Positions 20,539 to 28,966 of a stretch of 64,000 nucleotides of DNA are shown here, piece by piece; position 1 is the stretch's first letter, and every line of letters begins with the position of its first letter. This DNA comes from an uncultured delta proteobacterium (GTDB lineage: Bacteria; Desulfobacterota; Zymogenia; Zymogenales; Zymogenaceae), in NCBI GenBank assembly GCA_963792965.1, contig CAWBYW010000016.1:256001-320000 (forward strand), read 5' to 3'. The position numbers were made by a program, and so were the translations under genes. Below the pieces are notes generated by a model. The model was given only the letters and a program-made list of their open reading frames with translations, made no database searches and was not told the DNA's origin.

Positions 20539-20961
20539 TCAATACGTAAATTTCTCGGTGTCTGAGAAGAAATAGGCGGTTTCCGTCGCCGCCGTTTCGG
20601 GTGCATCGGAGCCGTGCACGGTGTTCACCTCGATGGAGCTTCCGTATTTTTCACGGATCGTCCCCTTGTCAGCCTTCTTGGGGTCGGTGGCCCCCATGAT
20701 CTGACGATTCTTAAGGATGGCGCCCTCGCCCTCGAGAATCATCACGACACACGGCCCGGAGCTCATGAAGTCGGTGAGGCTACCGTAAAAGGGCTTGTCC
20801 CTGTGGACGGCGTAAAAGCCCTCGGCCTCCCGCTTGCTCATGTGGATCATCTTCATCGCCACGATCCTCAGGCTGTTTTCCTCAAAGCGCCTGACGACGT
20901 CACCGATGATCTTCTTCTTTACCCCGTCGGGCTTGATGATGGAAAGCGTCCGCTCGATCAT
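20539..20961 (-). CDS. ndk: Nucleoside diphosphate kinase
   Basis: [23 protein letters not shown]. Confidence 0.98.
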   Translation of the reverse strand: MIERTLSIIKPDGVKKKIIGDVVRRFEENSLRIVAMKMIHMSKREAEGFYAVHRDKPFYGSLTDFMSSGPCVVMILEGEGAILKNRQIMGATDPKKADKGTIREKYGSSIEVNTVHGSDAPETAATETAYFFSDTEKFTY

Positions 20962-21266
20962 TAACTCCTCCTTTTACCGATTCAAAACCAGAATAGCGAA
21001 ATTGCTGGACCAACCACGATAAAGCAAATCGAGAGGCCAGACGGGCCCGATGAGAAGGCGCGACGGGCGACAGCCCATCGCCTATAAATTATTTATTTTA
21101 TCATATCTTCCCTCTATTGTCTCGCTTTTTATCGTTTGTGCCCGCATCCCGCGGAAAAACGCCTGCGTCTGCATGGAACTATTTGATTTGCCCACCGAAA
21201 TATGCTCTAATACATCGCGTTTCGGCAATCGCCCGGGGCCTTTACGTTTCAATGAGGGATTCCCAC

Positions 21267-22856
21267 ATGACTCACCCGTCCGACAATGAGAGCGAAAAGA
21301 GATATACCTATCTCTTGGTGATCCTCGTCCTTTTTTTTGCCGCCCTGAGGATCCTCTACGTCCGGTTTGGACCGCTGGTCCTTGTCCAGGACGAGACCTA
21401 CTTCTGGGACTGGTCGCGGAGACTTGATTTTTCCTATTTCGACCAGGGGCCGATGGTCGCCTATATTATCGCCTTCTTTACGTCGATCTTCGGCGACACC
21501 GCGCTCGGGGTGAGGATGGGCTCGATCGTCTCATACGCCGTCGCCACGGTCCTCTTCTATATCATCGTCCGGGACGTATTCAAGTCGCCGCGCGCGGGCT
21601 TCGTCACGGCGCTCGTCTTCAACCTGATACCCTCCAGCACCGCCGGGGGGATTATCATGACCTACTACTCCCCGATGATCGTCATCTACCCCCTCTTGAT
21701 CTACACGCTCTATAAGATCATCACGACCAACAGGGCCTCCCTCTGGCTTCTCGTGGGCCTCCTGCTGGGCCTGGGGCTCCTCACCCACATCATGTTCTGG
21801 TTTTACTCCTTCATGGTGGTGCTCTACGTGATTCTCTCGCCGGGGGCGCGTAAATGGCTGTCGTCCCCCTATTTCTATCTCGGCGTGCTCGTCGCGCTGG
21901 CGCTGTCCGGCCCCGTAATATACTGGAACGCCTGCCACGATTGGGCGATGTTCAAGCACGCCTTCGGGCTGGGGGGGGTGAGCCTGGAGACGTCGTTTAA
22001 TCCCCTCAAGTTCCTCGAGTTTCTCGGCGGTCAGGTAGGAGTCGTCACGCCCTTCATCCTCGTCCCGCTTGTCTGGGTCTACTGGCTCATCATCAAGAAA
22101 GGCTTCAAAGAAAACGACGAGTTCTCCCGCATGATCCTCTACACCTCGGCCCCCATTTTCATTCTCGTCTCATTCATGAGCCTGAGAGGCCGCTCCGAGG
22201 CCAACTGGCCGACCCTCGGTTACGTCGGGCCCTTCATCGTCTTCGGAGGATTTGTCGACGGCCTGATCGAGCGTTTGCGGGGCAAAAAGCGCCGCTGGTT
22301 CTGGATTTACACCGGCGTTACGATCTTCTTTCTCGTCTCGGTGACCCTCATCGCCTATAACTCGGGGGTCATCTGGAGACTCTCGCCCAAGACCCTCGCC
22401 CACGACCCAGACCGCGACCCCACCAACGGGCTGAGGGGGTGGGATACGCTGGGTGCCCGCGTCGGAGAGATCTACCGGGAGATGGGAGGGAGCTCGAAAG
22501 TCTTCATCTTCACGCTCGAGTACGGAGAGGCCTCCGAGCTCGCTTTCTATGTCCCGGGGCATCCCAACGTGACGACGCTGCGCTTCTGGAGGAGAAAAAG
22601 CCAGTATGATTACTGGCTGCCGGATAAGTCCTCTCTGGTCGGCAAGGACGCGATATACGTGTTGCGGTGCAACTCGCTCAAATGCCCCGAGTCGCTGAAC
22701 GCCGAGATCTCCTCATCGTTTAGGTCGGTCGCACCCCCAGAAAAGGTCATCATCTATAAAGAGGGGACGGGCGGAAAGCAGATGCGCAAGATCTTCCTTG
22801 TCTGGCGGATGTACGGATTCTTGGGATACACCTTTCCGTCGCAGGACAGGTACTGA
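21267..22856 (+). CDS. GT-C glycosyltransferase, family 39/ArnT-like
   Basis: QDETYFWDWSRRLDFSYFDQGPM (DE loop), about 12 TM segments, PVIYWN..H.W..F, SQYDYW. Confidence 0.88.
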   Translation: MTHPSDNESEKRYTYLLVILVLFFAALRILYVRFGPLVLVQDETYFWDWSRRLDFSYFDQGPMVAYIIAFFTSIFGDTALGVRMGSIVSYAVATVLFYIIVRDVFKSPRAGFVTALVFNLIPSSTAGGIIMTYYSPMIVIYPLLIYTLYKIITTNRASLWLLVGLLLGLGLLTHIMFWFYSFMVVLYVILSPGARKWLSSPYFYLGVLVALALSGPVIYWNACHDWAMFKHAFGLGGVSLETSFNPLKFLEFLGGQVGVVTPFILVPLVWVYWLIIKKGFKENDEFSRMILYTSAPIFILVSFMSLRGRSEANWPTLGYVGPFIVFGGFVDGLIERLRGKKRRWFWIYTGVTIFFLVSVTLIAYNSGVIWRLSPKTLAHDPDRDPTNGLRGWDTLGARVGEIYREMGGSSKVFIFTLEYGEASELAFYVPGHPNVTTLRFWRRKSQYDYWLPDKSSLVGKDAIYVLRCNSLKCPESLNAEISSSFRSVAPPEKVIIYKEGTGGKQMRKIFLVWRMYGFLGYTFPSQDRY

Positions 22857-22996
22857 GTCGACCGGATGGGCTCGTCTCATCGTGAATGCCGGTCGGGTCC
22901 CTGCGTCTCTCGGCGTTTGTTGCCGACGCGGCCGGGGAAGGCCCCTTTTTCCGGGGTTCCCTTTCGGAGCACGCGAGGCGAGGTCCCACGCTGGTG

Positions 22997-24205
22997 CTAT
23001 TCGTGATGGACCAGCGCGATCTTGACCGCCTTGTGTTTTCCCTTATCGAAGAAGACGTCCACCGCGTGCCGGAAATCGGCCATCGGGAAGGTGTGGGTGA
23101 CGAAACCCGAGAAGTCGAGCTTCTTCTCGCGATAGAGGGCAAGCGCCACGTCAAACGAGGTCATCGATTTCCCCCGGAACGTTTCCTGCCCGTGGCAGTC
23201 GATGCCCAAGAGGCTCACCTCCTGGTACCAGATCGGCGAGTAGTCGAGCCTTTTCGGGGCAAAATTGATCCCGACGATCACCACCGTACCCTCCGCCCTC
23301 GCCCAGCGGAGGGCGTCCTTGATGCTGCTGTCGTTTCCGACGGTATCGTAGATCACGTCAAAACCGCCGATGATCATCTCGTTTGAGAAGAGGCCCCGAA
23401 AGTATCTCCCGCCCGTCGCACGGGCGACCTTTTCGTATGCCTCCCCGCCGAGGATAACGTCCGTCGCCCCGAGCCGTTTTGCCATCTCGGCCTGATGGGA
23501 GTAGCGCCCCAGCACCCAGACCTCCGCCTCGGGACAGATCGCCTTCAACACCATGATCATATTGAGCCCGATGGCCCCGGCCCCGATCACGAGCACTTTT
23601 TCCCCCGCGGCGGGGGGCCGTTTCAGCGCGGCCCTGACGGAGCAGGCGGTCGGCTCGATGAGTATCGCGTCAAGATCCGATATCTCGTTTCCGATTTTTA
23701 CCAGCTGGCTCTTGTGAACGACCATGGAGGGTGAAAAACCGCCGCCCTGGTTGGGCGGGGCTCCGTCCCACCCCGGGTTTTCACAGAGGAGGTAGTTTCC
23801 CCGCTGGCACGCCCGGCACATCGGCCGTGCCTCCTTCTGGTAGCAGCTCGGCCAGTCGATCCGGAGGATGACCCGCTGGCCCTCGGTGAACTCGCGGGCG
23901 CCCCGTCCCGCCTCGACGACTTCGCCGACCAGCTCATGGCCGAGGAATTTCCTTTTAATCGGCGGGACCGCCGCCGGGGCCACGTGCGGGTCTATCTCGA
24001 GGAACATGAAATGGATGTCGGAGCCGCACAGGCCGCACATCCGGTTTTTCACCTTCACCCAGTTGGGACCCGGGAGCGTCGGCTCGTCAACCTCAGCATA
24101 TTTCACGGGGGAAAACCGTGACAACGGGGCTTTCTTATAGACGAGCGAGAGGGCCTTGGTCAGGATGATCCGTTTCATGTCACTGTCAAAATAGAGCGCT
24201 TTCAT
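22997..24205 (-). CDS. Zinc-dependent alcohol dehydrogenase (MDR family)
   Basis: GLCGSD, LGHE, C..CRAC..G.Y.LC, GAGAIG. Confidence 0.9.
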   Translation of the reverse strand: MKALYFDSDMKRIILTKALSLVYKKAPLSRFSPVKYAEVDEPTLPGPNWVKVKNRMCGLCGSDIHFMFLEIDPHVAPAAVPPIKRKFLGHELVGEVVEAGRGAREFTEGQRVILRIDWPSCYQKEARPMCRACQRGNYLLCENPGWDGAPPNQGGGFSPSMVVHKSQLVKIGNEISDLDAILIEPTACSVRAALKRPPAAGEKVLVIGAGAIGLNMIMVLKAICPEAEVWVLGRYSHQAEMAKRLGATDVILGGEAYEKVARATGGRYFRGLFSNEMIIGGFDVIYDTVGNDSSIKDALRWARAEGTVVIVGINFAPKRLDYSPIWYQEVSLLGIDCHGQETFRGKSMTSFDVALALYREKKLDFSGFVTHTFPMADFRHAVDVFFDKGKHKAVKIALVHHE

Positions 24206-24328
24206 ATGAAGACTCCACAGGGAACGGATGAGCGGCTCGGCGCCGCGAGGGGAGAGGGATACCGGTCAAACGAACGCGCACATGTGTGCGTGATCGCGGG
24301 ATGGAACGAGAACGAATATTGCCGTCGA

Positions 24329-24613
24329 TTACTTCTTGAAGAGGGCCTCGAGCCGGGCCTTGGCATGATCTTTTTCACCCCCGGTGTTCTTGTCCCGCCG
24401 GGATACCTTGAACCGGAAGTAGTCGCAGAAATTATTCTGCTCCTTATCGTTTACCCATTCGCTCTGGGGCTCCCGGCATTCGTTGTAGCTTCCCCGATCA
24501 TAGAAGGTGCAGTTGAGGCAGGTATGGAGGTCCGCCCCACAGGAGGCGCAGACGTCGCGCACGGAAATATAGTCGGAGATGATCGGCTCTCCGCATTTGT
24601 GACAGCGTTTCAT
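24329..24613 (-). CDS. Conserved Cys-rich hypothetical protein
   Basis: CHKC-x11-CASC-x6-CLNC...C...C.YF; 8 Cys in 94 aa. Confidence 0.75.
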   Translation of the reverse strand: MKRCHKCGEPIISDYISVRDVCASCGADLHTCLNCTFYDRGSYNECREPQSEWVNDKEQNNFCDYFRFKVSRRDKNTGGEKDHAKARLEALFKK

Positions 24614-24791
24614 AGGATTTTCGGGCTTACACCAAGATTAATTGTCTTGACCCACAGAGCGGCGATACGTCACTAGGTGGTATCGGCGGTATCCGACGGG
24701 TTTTTGGGGTTACAGGGAGATTCATATACGAGCCGGGAAGGGATGTCAATAAAAAAATACAAAATTAATGGGCCACGGCGGGTTTAATATC

Positions 24792-24820
24792 TTGACTGAT
24801 TGGTCAATCTATGTTAAGTA
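24792..24820 (+). promoter_or_regulatory. Promoter with TetR-type palindromic operator upstream of thiolase-like operon
   Basis: TTGAC-TGATTG-GTCAA (24792-24807) begins with -35 TTGACT; TG-n-TAAGTA 17 bp downstream. Confidence 0.55.
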
Positions 24821-25116
24821 GTGTTCACGACCGGGGGAGGATAGCCGGAAAAGGTCCCTCTCCTCGCGCCGGCACGATCCGTGAATTCATATAGATCGGC
24901 CGACAGTCTGTCCTGGCTGTTCGGTGGCCGGTGGCGGCAACCCGTCCGCTCTTTTTACGAATGGCGGGGGCGCCGCGCACTATGCTCCCCGATAACGGCC
25001 ACGCATCGTTACCGCGGATAACTGACGCGGGCGCGGCCCGTGGGCCGCTGTCCGTACAACCTCTGTTCGGATTACGCAGCGTCTTTTACTCATTCACCAC
25101 CAAGGGAGGTATATCT

Positions 25117-26292
25117 ATGCTTCGTAACGTAGCCATCGTAAGCGCCCATCAGACGAAGTTTGAGGCCAAAAAGGCCGACGAGCGCTTTCAGGAGATGTGC
25201 TACCCCCTGGTAAAGAAGTGCCGCCAAGACACGGGCCTCGACTTTGTCCCCGGCAGGGGGATCGATTTCGCCGTCACGTGCTCGGATGACTTCTTCGACC
25301 AGCGAACCATCTCCGACGGCCCGATGGGCGATCTTGTGGGCGCGGGACGGTGGGGCGGCGAGGAAAAGGTGGCCACAGACGGCGCGCTGGCGGTCCTGTA
25401 CGCCGCCGCCGGTATCGCCTCGGGCCATTATGACGTCGTCATCGTGCTTGCCCACGCCAAGGAGTCCCAGGTTGATTCACGCAACATCGTAACCTTTCAC
25501 GCCTTCGAGCCTTTCTATACTCGATTCCTCGGTATGGACTATACGAAGGCCCTGGGCCTGCAGGCGGAGTCCTACCTAGCCAAATGGGGGATCTCCGAAG
25601 AGCAGATCGCCGCGGTTTCCGCCCGCGCCGCGAAGAACGGAAAGAACAACCCGTTCGCCCAACGTACCGGCGACTATTCCGTGGCCGATGTCATGAAGTC
25701 CAAGCCGGTGGCGACCCCCATCAAGGAGCTGGATCTCTATCCGGTCAGCGACGGAGCGGTCTGCATGATTCTGGCCGAGGAAACCAAGGCCCGTGCGCTG
25801 ACCGACAAGCCCGTCTGGATCACGGGATACGGCAACTGCTATGACTCCTACTACCTCGGCGATCGTAACCTCTGGGAATCGATGAGCCTCACGCGCTCGG
25901 CAAAGAAGGCCTACCAGCTGGCGGGGATCACCAACCCCCTGGATGCCCTGGATGTCGCCGAGATCAGCGTTCAGGCAAGCTATCAGGAACCCCTCTGGTA
26001 CGAGGGTCTGGGCTGGGCCGAGCAGGGAAAGGGCATGGAGCTGTTTGAGTCGGGGGCGACCGATATGAAGGGAAAACTCCCCGTCAACCCGTCCGGCGGG
26101 CAGCTCTGTGGCAACCCGTTGCTCCTCTCGGGCGCCGTCCGAACGACCGAATGTTTCAAACAACTGCGCGGCGAGGCGGGCAAACACCAGGTGAAGGGAG
26201 CAAAACGGGCGCTCGCCCACGGTGTTGCGGGGCCGGCCGGCCAGTTCCACACCGTCTTGATCCTCGAGAACGATGAGGGAGGGAAGAAATGA
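25117..26292 (+). CDS. Thiolase-fold protein, Ltp4-like (likely non-catalytic aldolase subunit)
   Basis: SDDFFDQRTIS, EEKVATDGALAV, PVSDGAVC, VNPSGG; lacks thiolase nucleophile Cys and His; AGGGAGG RBS. Confidence 0.8.
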   Translation: MLRNVAIVSAHQTKFEAKKADERFQEMCYPLVKKCRQDTGLDFVPGRGIDFAVTCSDDFFDQRTISDGPMGDLVGAGRWGGEEKVATDGALAVLYAAAGIASGHYDVVIVLAHAKESQVDSRNIVTFHAFEPFYTRFLGMDYTKALGLQAESYLAKWGISEEQIAAVSARAAKNGKNNPFAQRTGDYSVADVMKSKPVATPIKELDLYPVSDGAVCMILAEETKARALTDKPVWITGYGNCYDSYYLGDRNLWESMSLTRSAKKAYQLAGITNPLDALDVAEISVQASYQEPLWYEGLGWAEQGKGMELFESGATDMKGKLPVNPSGGQLCGNPLLLSGAVRTTECFKQLRGEAGKHQVKGAKRALAHGVAGPAGQFHTVLILENDEGGKK

Positions 26293-27456
26293 AGAAGTCA
26301 CGAAACGTAGCCATCGTCGGGGTGGGCCAGACCCGACACCGCGGTCACCGGGAAGACATCAACATGGCCGAGCTCATCTCCGAGGCGGTGGAGGAGGTGC
26401 TGACCGACTCGATGGTGGATCTGAAGGACATCGACTGCATCGTCCACGGCAACATGGAGCTCTTTGAGGGGGCCCATCAGCCCGATATGTGGCACGTGAT
26501 CGGCGACGGCGCCTACGGTAAGGCGGGCTACCGCATCACCACCGGCGGCACCACCGGCGCGACCCTCGTATCGGCCGCGGACCACCTCGTCGCCTCCGGG
26601 ATGCACGATCTCGTGCTGGCCATCGGCTTTGAGAAGCAGGAAGAGGGGATGACCACCACCGGCATCACCAACATGTCGGACGCCCTCTGGGACCGCGAAG
26701 TCCAGACCGGCGCCATCACCGGCACCACCGGCACTATCATGATGAACAAATACGGCCCCAAGGCCGAACAGGCCGCCGCGGAGCTGCGGGTCATGATGGC
26801 CACGAATGCCCGAAAGAATTTCAAGGCCCATCTTAGGATCGATATCACCAGGAAGGACGTGCTGGAATCCAGGGTCCTTGCCTGGCCGCTCAGGCTCCTT
26901 CATATGTGCCCCGAATCCAACGGGGCCTGCGCGATGCTCTTTGCCTCCGAAGAGATGGCAAAGAAACTCCCTCAGAAACCGGTCTGGATGCATGACCACG
27001 TCACGATCCACCGGCAGGAGTTCTTCGATTTCGCCCATCTTGGGGACCTCAACACCCACGGCGAGGCGGCGCGCATCATCTACACGCGAAACGGCATCGT
27101 CAACCCGCTCAAGCAGATCGGCGTCTTTGAGATGTACGACCCGTCCAGCTGGTGGGCGCTGGACTGGCTGGGCAACTTCCTGTTCATGGAGAACGGCGAG
27201 CAGATCGATATGGTCCTCAACGGCGATTTTGCCATCAACGGCAAGTTTCCCGTCAACCCGTCCGGCGGTGTGGTCATCCACCAACCCGATCGGCGCCACC
27301 GCCATGATCCGGGTGGCCGAGGCGGCCCTCCAGATCCGGGGCGATGCGGACGAACACCAGGTCCCGCACGACGTGAACCTCGCGCTGGCCTCGGGGTTTG
27401 GGGGCACTTTCTGGACGGTCCTTCACCTGCTGGGGAAGGAAAAGCCAAACGCATAA
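26289..27456 (+). CDS. Thiolase-fold protein, Ltp3-like aldolase (+1 indel near 27276)
   Basis: GVGQT..REDINMAEL, ELFEG..QPD, RITTGGTTG (no Cys), FEKQ, EMYDP, VNPSGGV.STNPIGATAM. Confidence 0.8.
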
Positions 27457-27474
27457 GGAGAAAAAGGAGACACT

Positions 27475-27951
27475 ATGGCTACGAAAACCGATAAAGAGGG
27501 GCGGGAACTCGTCGAGATCCGTTACGAGATGGCGATCCCCGGCACCTTCTCCAAGGGACCCATTATGGGCTATTTCCTTGAAAAACTGAAAGACAAGGAG
27601 CTGTGGGGGACCCGCTGCGGCAAATGCTACAACACCATCTTCCCGCCCCGGATCATCTGCCCCAAGTGCATGGTGGAGATGGCCGAGTGGGTCAAGATGG
27701 AAGACTACGCCCACATCGTCACGTTTGACGTCGTCCACTTTCCGACCATCAATCCGCTGACCGGGGAGATGCGCCCGGTCCCCTATACGTCGCTCTTCAT
27801 GGTCTTTCCCAACGGGGCCGGGTTTTTCCACTTCTGCCTTGAGCATGACCCCGCCAAGCTGAAGCCGGGGAAGAAGGTCGTGCCGGTCTGGGCAGAAAAG
27901 CGGGAGGGCCGCCCCTCGGACCTGTTGGGCTGGGTCCTCACCGAAGAATAG
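27475..27951 (+). CDS. DUF35 (Zn-ribbon + OB-fold) protein
   Basis: GTRCGKC...FPPR.ICPKC, C-terminal OB fold with V.PVW. Confidence 0.9.
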   Translation: MATKTDKEGRELVEIRYEMAIPGTFSKGPIMGYFLEKLKDKELWGTRCGKCYNTIFPPRIICPKCMVEMAEWVKMEDYAHIVTFDVVHFPTINPLTGEMRPVPYTSLFMVFPNGAGFFHFCLEHDPAKLKPGKKVVPVWAEKREGRPSDLLGWVLTEE

Positions 27952-27963
27952 GAGGTAGATGAC

Positions 27964-28443
27964 ATGTACACATCGGAAAAACTTCCGTTGGATCAAAAAT
28001 ATTGCGGCGGTAAGCGGGGCCTCATGAGCATACCCTACCGCTACTATGCCGGGCTCTTTCTGAGCAAGGCCCTCATCGCGCTGAGGGACCAGAAGAAGAT
28101 CCTCGGCTCAAAGTGCGAGCGCTGCGGCAAGATCTATATCCCGCCGCGCTCCCGCTGCGAGCGGGATTTCTCGAAGATCACCGAGATGGTGGTCGTGGGG
28201 CCTGAGGGGACGGTGGAGGAGTTCACCGTGGTGCACTACGACGAGCCGTACTTCCTGGAGAAGTGCGAGAAGATGATGAAGGCCCCCTTCACGATGGCCC
28301 TCATCAAGCTGGACGGTGCCGACACGAAGCTGCTTCACCGGGTCAAAGGCGATAAGGTCAAACGTGGCGACCGCGTCAAGCCCAAGTGGGCCGACGAGCG
28401 CACGGCGATGATCACGGACATCGAATATTTCGAGAAGGCGTAA
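27964..28443 (+). CDS. DUF35 (Zn-ribbon + OB-fold) protein
   Basis: GSKCERCGK.YIPPR.RC, GTV..FTVV, ALIKLDGADT.LLH. Confidence 0.9.
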   Translation: MYTSEKLPLDQKYCGGKRGLMSIPYRYYAGLFLSKALIALRDQKKILGSKCERCGKIYIPPRSRCERDFSKITEMVVVGPEGTVEEFTVVHYDEPYFLEKCEKMMKAPFTMALIKLDGADTKLLHRVKGDKVKRGDRVKPKWADERTAMITDIEYFEKA

Positions 28444-28466
28444 GGAAAAAGCTAAAGAACCCATCG

Positions 28467-28503
28467 GGGCGTCTATAGTCGTACTATAGACGCCCTTTTT
28501 TTT
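28467..28503 (+). terminator. Intrinsic terminator of thiolase/DUF35 operon
   Basis: GGGCGTCTATAGT-CGT-ACTATAGACGCCC followed by T8. Confidence 0.92.
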
Positions 28504-28966
28504 CGTGTGGGGCTATTGTCTTTCCTAAGAAGAATGATAGAATTATAATCGTCCCAGAACTGATACTGGGGCCTTTTCGGGCGCTACCGACAATCGATAA
28601 GTTTTCGGCGCTTCGAGGAGATAGATCACCGAAGAGGCTTTGTTAATGGTACCCTTCTTCACTCTCGCGACGCGCTGTATCAGTGAAAGGAGCGTCTCTC
28701 CCGGATGTGTGAGATGACCGGTGTATCGACTTTCCTGAGTCTGTCCGAAAGAAAGGGGGCGTTGCGATCGCCTGCGGCCTCCGAAATACTCCGTTTTCGG
28801 ACCCTTCCCCCTCCAAAAAGGGGGTTAATTAAACCCCCTTGACAGAATATTAAATAGTTAGAAAATAAACTATTCATATCCTATACCATATTCACTATTG
28901 TATATTCTATAGTTATACTATTGTAGATACTTGTTACTATACCACCGCGTTTCGGAGGCGGTCAGC

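Noticed and set aside
28705-28842. 45-aa ORF MCEMTGVSTF... after AAAGGAG
   Set aside because: SD spacing is long, composition is uninformative and no motif is present.
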